Shown here piece by piece: positions 37,158-46,961 of a DNA stretch of 64,000 nucleotides. The DNA comes from Rhizobium sp. Q54 (GTDB lineage: Bacteria; Pseudomonadota; Alphaproteobacteria; SHVZ01). The stretch is taken from the NCBI GenBank assembly GCA_945871425.1, contig CAMBVS010000015.1:903-64902 (forward strand), read 5' to 3'. Made by a program: the position numbers and the translations under genes. Each line of letters opens with the position of its first letter. Within the stretch, counting starts at the first letter, position 1. The notes beneath the pieces were generated by a model that saw only the letters and a program-made list of their open reading frames with translations, was not told the origin of the DNA and did not search any database.

Positions 37158-37727
37158 ATGGACGCTTTTCTCGTCTCGCTCGGGGTCGTTACGCTCGCCG
37201 AGATCGGCGACAAGACCCAGCTTCTCGCCTTCGTGCTGGCTGCCCGTTTCCGCCGGCCGTGGCCGGTCATCGCCGGCATCGCGGTGGCGACGCTGCTGAA
37301 CCATGGGATCGCCGGCTGGTTCGGCATCTTTCTTTCGGGGCTTGCCGACGCCCAATGGCTCCGGTGGCTGATCGGCGCTTCCTTCCTTCTCTTCGCCGCC
37401 TGGGCGCTGATTCCCGATCGTCTTGACGACGATGAGCAGCGTGTCACCGGATCGGCAGGCGCCTTCGTCGCGACGGCCATCGCGTTCTTCCTGGTCGAGA
37501 TCGGCGACAAGACCCAGGTCGCGACCGTGGCTCTCGCCGCGGCCTACCAGTCGCTGTTCGCCGTGACGCTTGGGACCAGCCTCGGGCTTCTCCTCGTCAA
37601 TGTCCCGGCCGTGGCGCTGGGCGAGGGCGTGACGCGGCGGCTGCCGATGACCTGGATCCGGCGGTCGGCGGCCGCCAGCTTCGCCGGGCTTGGAATTGCG
37701 ACGCTGGCGGGGTGGATCGGCATCTGA
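37158..37727 (+). CDS. UPF0016 (TMEM165/GDT1) family cation (Mn2+/Ca2+) exporter
   Basis: Track ORF 36978..37727. Start is ATG 37158 (or GTG 37149). Two copies of the family motif E-x-G-D-K-T (AEIGDKTQ, VEIGDKTQ). Six TM helices. Confidence 0.88.
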   Translation: MDAFLVSLGVVTLAEIGDKTQLLAFVLAARFRRPWPVIAGIAVATLLNHGIAGWFGIFLSGLADAQWLRWLIGASFLLFAAWALIPDRLDDDEQRVTGSAGAFVATAIAFFLVEIGDKTQVATVALAAAYQSLFAVTLGTSLGLLLVNVPAVALGEGVTRRLPMTWIRRSAAASFAGLGIATLAGWIGI

Positions 37728-37777
37728 ACGGGGTTGCCGGGCCGGTTGCGCGGCGTCGTATAACTGGGCTCGTGACC

Positions 37778-39334
37778 ATGCAGCTGCGACTCGAGGCCGC
37801 CCTCGACGACCACCGCTCCGGGCGCCTCGCCGAGGCGATCGCCGGCTATCGCGACGTGCTCGCGACCGAGCGGGAAAATGCCACCGCCGAGGCCATGCTC
37901 GGGGTGGCCCTCGCCCAGACGGGCGCGCCGAAGGAGGGGCTCTCGCGGCTCAGGCGGGCGGCGGCGATGGTGCCGGAGGATCCCGGACTGCACGAGAATC
38001 TCGGCGCCTGCCTCGAGCAGGCAAGCATGCGGGACGCCGCCGGTCTCGCCTTTCTGCGCTCGGCGGCGCTCGCGATCGGCAGCGGCAGCGCGCTTGCCGC
38101 TGCCGCTGCCGCTCGCTTGGATGCGAAGGCGCCGGATACGCTCCGCCTTCTCAGGCGCGCGACGGCAGTCACGCCGGCCGAGGCCAAATGGTGGGCCGCA
38201 GCCGGCGAAGCGGCTTTGAAGCTTCGTTTGCCGGACGTCGCGGTCTCCTGCTTCCGGCGTGCCTTGTCTCTCGGGTTCGAACGCGCGCATGTCCTCGATC
38301 GCCTTGCGGAGTCGCTGCTTCGTATCGGCGAAGTCGAGCAGGCGGCGGCGGCATACGAGGCGCTCATGGCGCCGGTGCGGGCGTCGCGATGGTATCGCCC
38401 GGAGCTGTCCGCCGGCGCCGGGCCGGCCACCGGCTCCGACAGCTTCCGCGTCACCTCCGCGCCAAAGCTCCGTCACGACATCCTGCAATTCGAGTATCTA
38501 CTGGAGCAGGGCCTGCTGCCGCCGTCTTTCGCCGGCATTGTCGACCGATACCGTGCGCTGCTCGCGCGCTCGGACGGGCGCGCGACCGACGGACCCTGCT
38601 TCTTCATGACCGAGACGGAGCGGCGGACGATCGAGGACACCTACAACCGGCTCGTCCATCTCTACCGCCCGAAACCGTTCGGACCGGAGGCGGTGAACGA
38701 GGCGGTCGACTGGCGGGCGGCCGAGCAGCGCTATTCTGGGTCCGAGGCCGGCATACTCGTCATCGACGATCTGCTTTCGGCCGAGGCGCTGGCGGATCTC
38801 AGGCGCCTCTGCCTGGAGTCGACGATCTGGTTCGACGACCGGCACCTCGGCGGCTATCTCGGCGCCATGCTCCGCGACGGCTTCTCGGCGACCCTGCTTC
38901 TGCGGATCGCGGACGAGCTGAAACGCCGGATGCCGGAGATCTTCCGCGATCTCCCGCTTGCCCAGATGTGGGCGTACAAATACGACAGCCGCCTCGAAGG
39001 CACGGCACTTCACGCCGATTCGGCGGCGATCAACGTCAACTTCTGGATCACCCCTGACGAGGCGAATCTCTCCGAAGGGCGAGGCGGGCTGGTGGTCTTC
39101 GATAGGCGGGCTCCGGCCGAATGGGAGTTCGTCAAGTACAACAACGACCAGCCGGCGATTCGCCGGTTCCTGAAGGAAAGCGGTGCCCGGAGCGTGGTTG
39201 TTCCCTATCGCTGCAACCGCGCGGTCATCTTTCACTCCGATCTCTTTCATCGGACCGACGACCTGACCTTCAAGGACGACTACGCCAGCCGCCGGATCAA
39301 CGTCACCATGCTGTTCGGCGGCAGAGGCGAGTGA
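37778..39334 (+). CDS. TPR-repeat protein with C-terminal 2OG-Fe(II) oxygenase-like (prolyl 4-hydroxylase-like) domain
   Basis: Track ORF 37712..39334 overlaps the upstream gene, so ATG 37778 is preferred. N-terminal TPR-like helices. C-terminal HxD (LHADSAA) and distal His (IFHSDLFH). Confidence 0.7.
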   Translation: MQLRLEAALDDHRSGRLAEAIAGYRDVLATERENATAEAMLGVALAQTGAPKEGLSRLRRAAAMVPEDPGLHENLGACLEQASMRDAAGLAFLRSAALAIGSGSALAAAAAARLDAKAPDTLRLLRRATAVTPAEAKWWAAAGEAALKLRLPDVAVSCFRRALSLGFERAHVLDRLAESLLRIGEVEQAAAAYEALMAPVRASRWYRPELSAGAGPATGSDSFRVTSAPKLRHDILQFEYLLEQGLLPPSFAGIVDRYRALLARSDGRATDGPCFFMTETERRTIEDTYNRLVHLYRPKPFGPEAVNEAVDWRAAEQRYSGSEAGILVIDDLLSAEALADLRRLCLESTIWFDDRHLGGYLGAMLRDGFSATLLLRIADELKRRMPEIFRDLPLAQMWAYKYDSRLEGTALHADSAAINVNFWITPDEANLSEGRGGLVVFDRRAPAEWEFVKYNNDQPAIRRFLKESGARSVVVPYRCNRAVIFHSDLFHRTDDLTFKDDYASRRINVTMLFGGRGE

Positions 39335-39477
39335 GCGGCCCCGTCATCTGACCGGCCGGTCTGTCACCGCATTTCCTGCCAAACCGAGTCTTGGCCGGCG
39401 CGTCGGACGAAACTCTCGGCGACCTCCCGAGCCCGCAAGGACCTGCAACGCGTCGCTACCATCCCCAGGAGGTCGCC

Positions 39478-39624
39478 ATGATCCGCATCGCCGCCTCTGT
39501 CCTCGCAGTCCTCGCTGCGTTTCCTGCCATTGCCCATACCGGCGGCGCGATCGGCGCCGGCCTCGCCTCGGGCTTGGCCCATCCCTTTTCCGGTCTCGAC
39601 CATCTGCTGGCGATGATCGCCTAG
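39478..39624 (+). pseudogene. HupE/UreJ-family (Ni/Co transporter) N-terminal stump, 48 codons
   Basis: AGGAGG 6 nt upstream of ATG 39478. MIRIAASVLAVLAAFPAIAHTGGAIGAGLASGLAHPFSGLDHLLAMIA then stop. The family continues for about 150 more aa, which are absent here. Confidence 0.7.
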
Positions 39625-40820
39625 CGGCCGGCGGCGTCCGCCAGGAGCTTGAGGCAGGCGTCGCGGTCGAGGGCGAAGTCGGACGCGATCCACTCGTCCT
39701 CGACCCGGCGAAGCGCGGCGCCGAGGGGAGGACCCGCGACGAGGCCGAGACGCTGGGCATCCTCGCCGCTCACCGGCAGCTTCGGCCGCTGCCAGAAGCC
39801 GGTGTCTTCGATCCATGTCCGGAAGCGGTCGTCGCCGCTCTCGGCGAGTGCCAGCCAGGCCGAGTCGCGGACGCGCGCGACCTCGTGGGCGTAGAGCAGC
39901 CGCCGCCGGCTGCGCGCATCCGCATCGGGCGCCAGCGTCAGCGGCGGACACATTTCGATCAGCCGCCTGGTCTCGGCGTTGGACAGGCGGAGCCTGGCCG
40001 CGGCCAGGTCGCTGCCATGGGCGAGCAGCGCACCGAGGCGGCGGAGCGGATCGGGCGTCGACTCGAGGGCGGCCAGACGGCCGAGGCGGTCGAGGCGCGT
40101 TGCCGACGGCAGCACGATGGCGAGAACGCCGACCTCGGCCATCAGAGTGACGGCGTAGTGAGCCCGCGGTCCGGCCAGCTGACGGAACAGCTCCTGGCGG
40201 ATACGCTCGCCGGAGAGAGCGTCGGCGAGCGAGGCGAGCGATCGGCAGGCGGCCAGTGACTCAGCATCCGGCGCGCCCTTGCCGAAGCGGGCATGGAAGC
40301 GGAAGAAGCGAAGAATGCGGAGCGCGTCCTCGCGGATGCGCTGCGTTGCGTCGCCGATGAAGCGGACGCGGCCGGCGGCGAGATCGGCGGCACCTTCGAA
40401 GTAGTCGTGAAGCCGTCCATCCGGGTCGGCGTAGAGCGCGTTGATGGTGAAGTCCCGCCGGGCGGCATCGGCCTGCCAGTCGTCGGTGAAGGCGACGCGC
40501 GCCCGTCGTCCGAAGGTCTCGACATCCCGGCGCAGCGTGGTCACCTCGAAGGGCCGGCGGTCGGCGACGACGGTGACCGTCCCGTGCTCGATCCCGGTCG
40601 GCCGTGTGGTGAGGCCGGCCTCGGCGGCGAGGCGGGTCACGGTCTCAGGCAGATCGGGTGTTGCCAGGTCGACGTCGGCGACCTCGACCCCGATCAGCGC
40701 ATCACGGACCGCGCCGCCGCAGAACCGCACGATCGCGCCTTCCCGGGTCAGCGCTGCGATCACCCGGCGCGTCTCCGGCGCCGTCGCCCAGGCCGGGAGC
40801 GGGGACAGGCGATCGGTCAG
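39621..40820 (-). CDS. cca: CCA tRNA nucleotidyltransferase / poly(A) polymerase family
   Basis: FCGGAVRDALIG...DVDLAT, ...RRDFTINALY... Start unresolved: the ATG at 40979 overlaps the upstream gene by about 150 nt. In-frame alternatives are CTG 40820 and GTG 40763. Confidence 0.85.
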   Translation of the reverse strand: MTDRLSPLPAWATAPETRRVIAALTREGAIVRFCGGAVRDALIGVEVADVDLATPDLPETVTRLAAEAGLTTRPTGIEHGTVTVVADRRPFEVTTLRRDVETFGRRARVAFTDDWQADAARRDFTINALYADPDGRLHDYFEGAADLAAGRVRFIGDATQRIREDALRILRFFRFHARFGKGAPDAESLAACRSLASLADALSGERIRQELFRQLAGPRAHYAVTLMAEVGVLAIVLPSATRLDRLGRLAALESTPDPLRRLGALLAHGSDLAAARLRLSNAETRRLIEMCPPLTLAPDADARSRRRLLYAHEVARVRDSAWLALAESGDDRFRTWIEDTGFWQRPKLPVSGEDAQRLGLVAGPPLGAALRRVEDEWIASDFALDRDACLKLLADAAGR

Positions 40821-40827
40821 GGCGGGC

Positions 40828-41109
40828 CTACTTGGAGGTGCCGGGGACCACCCGGTCCCCTTCCAGGTGTGGCGGGACGTACACGCTGCCCGGCTCGTCG
40901 CCGGAGTAGAGAGAGGTCGCGAGCAGCACGACAGCGGCGATGGCGACGCCGGCCGATGCCAGGACGAACCACGGCACATCGCCGAGTCGTGGCACGGACT
41001 CGGGCGTGCCGGCGGCGATGGCGCGTCGGCGCTCGTTGGCGAACCAAAGAAAATAGACCGTGGAGGGAAGCGCCAGGGGAAGCAGGATGGTGAGCAGGAT
41101 ACGGATCAC
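40828..41109 (-). CDS. Small two-TM membrane protein (conserved neighbour of the CoA pyrophosphatase)
   Basis: Track ORF 40828..41328. Start moved to GTG 41109 (GTGA overlap with the Nudix gene stop). VIRILLTILLPLALPSTVYFLWF...WFVLASAGVAIAAVVLL... Confidence 0.6.
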   Translation of the reverse strand: MIRILLTILLPLALPSTVYFLWFANERRRAIAAGTPESVPRLGDVPWFVLASAGVAIAAVVLLATSLYSGDEPGSVYVPPHLEGDRVVPGTSK

Positions 41110-41696
41110 GGGTTGAGCCTCTCGGCGAGGTTCACCAGCATTCCGGCGGTGGCGCCCCAGATGTAGTAGCCGCCATAGGGTAGCACGTAGAAATGCCGGA
41201 CGACGCCCTGCCACTCGCGGCTGTGGCGCTCGTGGTTCTTGGGATCGGAGACGAACGATAGCGGCACTTCGAAGACTTCGGCCACCTCGAAGCGGTCGGG
41301 CGAGAGGTCGAAGGGGGGCGTCACCCACCCGACGACCGGTGTGATCTCGAAGCCGGTCCGGGTGCGATAGATGCCGAGACGGCCCATCACCTCGATGTGG
41401 TGCCGGGTGAGGCCGATCTCCTCTTCGGTCTCGCGCAGCGCCGCGTCCTCGGGCGAGGAGTCGCTCTCCTCGATGCGGCCCCCGGGAAAGCTGATCTGGC
41501 CGGCGTGGTGATGCAGGTGCTCGGTCCGTCGCGTCAGCAGCACGGTCGTGCCCTCGGGCCTGGCGACCAGCGGCACCAGCACCGCGGCGGCCCTGAGGCG
41601 ATCGGTCGGCACCATGCCCGGGTTGAGATCGTGGTCGCCGCGGTCACGCTCCGAGTCGGTCAGGCGAAGGCGGATGTCGGACGGCTTCAGGCTCAT
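41106..41696 (-). CDS. Nudix hydrolase, CoA pyrophosphatase type
   Basis: Nudix box GGRIEESDSSPEDAALRETEEEIGL. Start ATG 41696 forms an ATGA overlap with the DUF1285 stop. Confidence 0.88.
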   Translation of the reverse strand: MSLKPSDIRLRLTDSERDRGDHDLNPGMVPTDRLRAAAVLVPLVARPEGTTVLLTRRTEHLHHHAGQISFPGGRIEESDSSPEDAALRETEEEIGLTRHHIEVMGRLGIYRTRTGFEITPVVGWVTPPFDLSPDRFEVAEVFEVPLSFVSDPKNHERHSREWQGVVRHFYVLPYGGYYIWGATAGMLVNLAERLNP

Positions 41697-42227
41697 GCCT
41701 CGGCCGGTCCCAGCGGGAAGAATCGCCCGTGGCTCCACACGCCGAACATCGGCTTGCCGTCGATTGTCTCCTCCCGTCCGAGTTCCACCAGATGATAGTA
41801 GACCGGCCTGAGGATCCGCGCCTCCAGCCGGCCGCGAACATGCACGTAGGGCGAGGGGGCGCCGCTCGCTAGATCGTGATCGACCCGGATCGGATGCTCG
41901 GGACCGGCTTCGACCTCGTCGTCGAGGTTGGTTCGAAAGCGCAGAACGCAGCTCGCTCCCTCGCCTTCTGACGTCACCTCGACCGCGGTGAACGGCACAT
42001 CCTCGACGACGATCCGTCCGCGCTCGACCGGCGTGACCAGGCGGTATTCGCCGTCATCGTCGCGGCGAAGGACGGAGGCGAAGAGCTTGACCAACGGTTT
42101 GCGACCGATCGGCGAGCCGTGGTAGTACCAAGTGCCATCGCGGCTGATCGCAATTCCGAAATCGCCGCAAATCGCGGCGCCCGGATCGAAGCTCGGGGCA
42201 CGGTTGTTACCGCTCGTCGGGGCCGTC

Positions 42228-42229
<2 letters not shown>
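41693..42229 (-). CDS. DUF1285 domain protein
   Basis: ...ISRDGTWYYHGSPIGRKPLVKLFASVLRRDDDGEYRLVTPVE...; 178 aa. Confidence 0.8.
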
Positions 42230-43277
<1,048 letters not shown>

Positions 43278-43357
43278 TCCCGACAGATCGCACGAATCGT
43301 GCGGTTTGATGGGTTGTCGAGTCTGGGTGGAGGGGGCAAACTGTCCTCGGTTCGCAC

Positions 43358-44218
43358 ATGCAGCAACGCGCCGAACAGCTAGCCTCGACGCTGCCGCCGC
43401 TCCTGGTGGCGGCCCAGCGTGTGGCCGCGACAGTGGCCCAGGGTGTCCATGGCCGCCGCCGCGTCGGCCAGGGCGAAACCTTCTGGCAATACCGCCGTTA
43501 CGTCCCCGGTGACTCTGCGCGCTCGGTCGACTGGCGCCGTTCGGCCAAGAGCGACCAGGTGTTCGTGCGCGAGACCGAATGGGAGGCGGCCCAGACCGTG
43601 TGGCTCTGGCGGGACACGTCCGCCTCGATGCGCTGGCACTCGCGCCGCGACCTGCCTGAAAAGGCAGACCGTGCCGAGGTGCTGCTGCGTGCGCTGGCAT
43701 TGCTGCTGGTCGGCGCCGGCGAGCGGATCTCGCTGCTCGGTGAGGGGTTGCCGCCGACCAGCGGGAGAGCGGCCCTTTTTAGGCTATCCCACGGACTTGA
43801 GCGGCCGACCGCGGCACCGGCGGGCGTTCCCGCCTTCGAGCCGCTGCCCCGCCATGCCGAGCTCGTCCTGATCGGTGATCTGCTGGCTCCGCTCGACGAG
43901 ATCCGGTCGCTGGTCGGCAAGTTCGTCTCCCGCGGCGTCCGCGGCCATCTGCTGCAGGTGCTGGATCCGGCCGAGGAGACGCTGCCGTTTGCCGGCCGGG
44001 TCCGCTTCGACGGCATGGAAGGCGAGGCGTCGGCGCTCCTGCCGCGGGTCGAATCGCTGCGCGGAGACTATGCCGAGCGCATGGTCGAGCACCGCGCCGG
44101 CCTCGCTCACATCGCGCGCGCCGCCGGCTGGTTCTTCTCGACGCACCACACCGACCGCTCGGCCGAGAGCGGGCTGCTCACCCTCTATGGCGCGCTGGCG
44201 CGGGAGCGGATGTCATGA
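43358..44218 (+). CDS. DUF58 domain protein (MoxR partner)
   Basis: ...GVHGRRRVGQGETFWQYRRYVPGDSARSVDWRRSAK..., typical of DUF58. Confidence 0.88.
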   Translation: MQQRAEQLASTLPPLLVAAQRVAATVAQGVHGRRRVGQGETFWQYRRYVPGDSARSVDWRRSAKSDQVFVRETEWEAAQTVWLWRDTSASMRWHSRRDLPEKADRAEVLLRALALLLVGAGERISLLGEGLPPTSGRAALFRLSHGLERPTAAPAGVPAFEPLPRHAELVLIGDLLAPLDEIRSLVGKFVSRGVRGHLLQVLDPAEETLPFAGRVRFDGMEGEASALLPRVESLRGDYAERMVEHRAGLAHIARAAGWFFSTHHTDRSAESGLLTLYGALARERMS

Positions 44219-44231
44219 GGCGGGCCTCGCC

Positions 44232-46961
44232 ATGCTGACGCTTGGCTCGCTCGCCTTCGCCTCACCCTGGCTGCTGGCCGCCCTCGCCGTGCTGCCGGTG
44301 ATCTGGCTGCTGTTGCGCGTCACGCCGCCGGCGCCGCGGCGCCTCGCCTTTCCGGCGATCCGCATCCTGCATCTGCTGACGCCGAAGGAAGAGACGCCGG
44401 CGCGCACGCCCTGGTGGCTGGTGCTGCTCAGGCTCGCGATCGCGGCCCTGGTGATCCTCGGCCTCGCCGAGCCGCTGCTCAACCCGGCCGCCCGGCTCGC
44501 CGGCGACGGGCCGGTGGTGATCGCGATCGACGATACCTGGGCGGCGGCGCCGAGATGGGACGATCGGCGGAAGCTGCTGCTTCGCCTGGTCGAGGAGGCC
44601 GATCACCAGAACCGTACGGTGGTGCTGCTGACGACCTCGGAAGGCAATGACGAGGCCCGGCGGTCGAGCGGCGTGCTCCGTCCGCTCGACGCCCGAGCCA
44701 TCGCCCAGGCGCTCGATCCGCAGCCCTGGGGCGCCGATCTCGCCGCGAGTCTGGCTGCGCTCGACAAGCTTCAGCTTCCTTCTGCCGCGGCGACCGCCTA
44801 TCTCGCCGACGGGCTCGACCGCGGCGCCGATCAGGTGGCGCTGATCGAGCGCCTGCAGCGGCTCGGGCGTCTTACCGTCTATGCGTCGCCGGTGCCTCAG
44901 CTCGCCCGTGCCCTCCTGCCGCCCGACGGTCTCGCCAGCGATCTCGTCGTCACCGCCCGCCGGCCGGTGGCCGGCGCCGAGGCCGAGGCCGGGATCCGGG
45001 CGATCGCCGGCGATGGCCGCCTGCTCGCTCGCGAGCCCGCGCGCTTTGCCGCCGACGGTCTCAAGACCGAGGTCAAGTTCGTGCTGCCGACCGAGCTCCG
45101 CAACCAGGTGCAGCGCCTCGAGATCGAGAACGAGGCGTCGGCCGCCGCGGTCGTATTGCTGGATGAGCGCTGGCGCCGCCGGCCCGTCGGCCTTGTCGGG
45201 CCGACCCAGTTCGACGCCTCGCAGCCGCTGCTGGACGAGCTCCACTACCTCGACAAGGCGCTGGTGCCCTTCGCCGAGGTCAGGCGCGGTCCCGTCGCCG
45301 ATCTCTTGAAGCGCGAGCTCGCGGTGATCCTGATGCCGGACAGCGGCGCGCTGCCGCCGGCCGAGAGGGCGCAGCTCACGCCCTGGATCGAGGCGGGCGG
45401 TGTGCTCATGCGCTTCGCCGGCCCGAAGCTCGCCAATGCCGACGACGACCTGGTGCCGGTCAAGCTGCGGAAGGGCGACCGCGCGCTTGGCGGCGCGCTC
45501 TCCTGGGGCCGCCCGCAACCGCTTGCCGCCTTCGATGCGACCAGCCCCTTCTCCGGTCTCGCCGTGCCCGCCGAAGTCACCGTGCAGCGCCAGGTCCTGG
45601 CGCAGCCGGGCCTGGAACTGGCCGAGCGTACCTGGGCCCGGCTCACCGACGGCACGCCGATCGTGACCGCCGAGCGCAGGGGCCAGGGCTGGACCGTGCT
45701 GGTGCACACGACGGCGATCCCGACCTGGTCGAACCTGCCGATGTCCGGCCTCTTCGTCGACATGCTCCGGCGCGTCGTCGCGCTGAGCCAGGGCGTCTCG
45801 GGCAGCGCGTCGACGCAGCCGCTGCCGCCGCTGGAGACGCTGGACGGGTTCGGGCGCATCACCGCGCCGCCGCCTTCCTCCGTCGCGTTGATCGGTGACG
45901 ATCGTGTCGGCTCCCGTCACCCGCCCGGCTTCTACGGCACCGACTCGGCCCGGCGCGCCCTCAACCTCGGCCCCTTCGTCGCCGATGCTGCTCCTCTCGC
46001 GGAGCTGCCGCGCGGCGTCGCGCGGGCCTCGTATGCGATCGGCGAGGAGACCGTGCTGAAGCCCCATCTGCTGGCGGCGGCGCTGGTTCTCCTCCTTCTC
46101 GACATCGTCATCGGCCTGATGCTTCGCGGACTGCTGCCCGGCCGGGCGCCGGTGCGGGCGGCGATCGCGCTGCTGCTTCTGTTGCCGGCCGCGGCCGAAG
46201 CCCAGACGCGTCCGGCGCCTCCGCGCGGCAACGCCGTCGATGCCTTCGCGCTCGAGGCGACGCTCAACGTCAGGCTCGCCTACGTGATCACCGGCGACGC
46301 CAGGACCGACGAGACCAGCCGGCTCGGCCTCGAGAGCCTCTCCCAGGTGCTGTCGCGCCGCACCTCGATCGAGCCGGACGCGCCGCTCGGCGTCGACGTC
46401 GAGGCCGACGAACTCGCCTTCTTCGGCCTGGTCTACTGGCCGATGGCATCCTCCCAGCCGATGCCGAGTCCGGCGGCGCTACAGCGCCTGACCCTCTATC
46501 TCAAGAACGGTGGCACACTCGTCTTCGACACGAGGGATGCCGGCGAGATCGTCACCGATCCCCGGGCCGGCGGCCCGGGCGCGCAGAAGCTCCGTGAGAT
46601 CGCCCGCGGGCTCTCGATCCCGGCGCTGGTGCCGACGCCGCCCGACCATGTGCTCAACAAGGCGTTCTACCTGCTGCACGACTTCCCCGGCCGCTTCGCC
46701 GGCGGCCAGGTCTGGGTCGAGGCGACACGGGCGCGCGGCGAGGACGAGGTCTCATCGGTCATCCTCGGATCCAACGACTGGGCCGGCGCGTGGGCTTCGG
46801 ATGCCTCGGGACGCGCGCTCTACGCCGTGGTCCCCGGCGGCGAGGTGCAGCGCGAGATGGCCTATCGTTTCGGCGTCAACCTGGTGATGTACGCGCTGAC
46901 CGGCAACTACAAGGCCGACCAGGTGCATGTGCCGGCGATCCTCGAAAGGGTCGGGCAATGA
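44232..46961 (+). CDS. Large membrane protein with BatA-type N-terminal double-TM domain and DUF4159-like C-terminus
   Basis: Track ORF 43875..46961. Start moved to ATG 44232. MLTLGSLAFASPWLLAALAVLPVIWLLLRVTPP... Third gene of the moxR operon. Confidence 0.8.
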   Translation: MLTLGSLAFASPWLLAALAVLPVIWLLLRVTPPAPRRLAFPAIRILHLLTPKEETPARTPWWLVLLRLAIAALVILGLAEPLLNPAARLAGDGPVVIAIDDTWAAAPRWDDRRKLLLRLVEEADHQNRTVVLLTTSEGNDEARRSSGVLRPLDARAIAQALDPQPWGADLAASLAALDKLQLPSAAATAYLADGLDRGADQVALIERLQRLGRLTVYASPVPQLARALLPPDGLASDLVVTARRPVAGAEAEAGIRAIAGDGRLLAREPARFAADGLKTEVKFVLPTELRNQVQRLEIENEASAAAVVLLDERWRRRPVGLVGPTQFDASQPLLDELHYLDKALVPFAEVRRGPVADLLKRELAVILMPDSGALPPAERAQLTPWIEAGGVLMRFAGPKLANADDDLVPVKLRKGDRALGGALSWGRPQPLAAFDATSPFSGLAVPAEVTVQRQVLAQPGLELAERTWARLTDGTPIVTAERRGQGWTVLVHTTAIPTWSNLPMSGLFVDMLRRVVALSQGVSGSASTQPLPPLETLDGFGRITAPPPSSVALIGDDRVGSRHPPGFYGTDSARRALNLGPFVADAAPLAELPRGVARASYAIGEETVLKPHLLAAALVLLLLDIVIGLMLRGLLPGRAPVRAAIALLLLLPAAAEAQTRPAPPRGNAVDAFALEATLNVRLAYVITGDARTDETSRLGLESLSQVLSRRTSIEPDAPLGVDVEADELAFFGLVYWPMASSQPMPSPAALQRLTLYLKNGGTLVFDTRDAGEIVTDPRAGGPGAQKLREIARGLSIPALVPTPPDHVLNKAFYLLHDFPGRFAGGQVWVEATRARGEDEVSSVILGSNDWAGAWASDASGRALYAVVPGGEVQREMAYRFGVNLVMYALTGNYKADQVHVPAILERVGQ

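Noticed and set aside
39335-39477. Possible cobalamin riboswitch upstream of the HupE stump (B12-box-like AGCCCGCAAGGACCTGC at 39430-39446)
   Set aside because: Only this one element is loosely similar. The GCCACTG core, the GGTG...AA..CC elements and the expected ~200-nt multi-helix architecture are absent, and the gap is only 143 nt.
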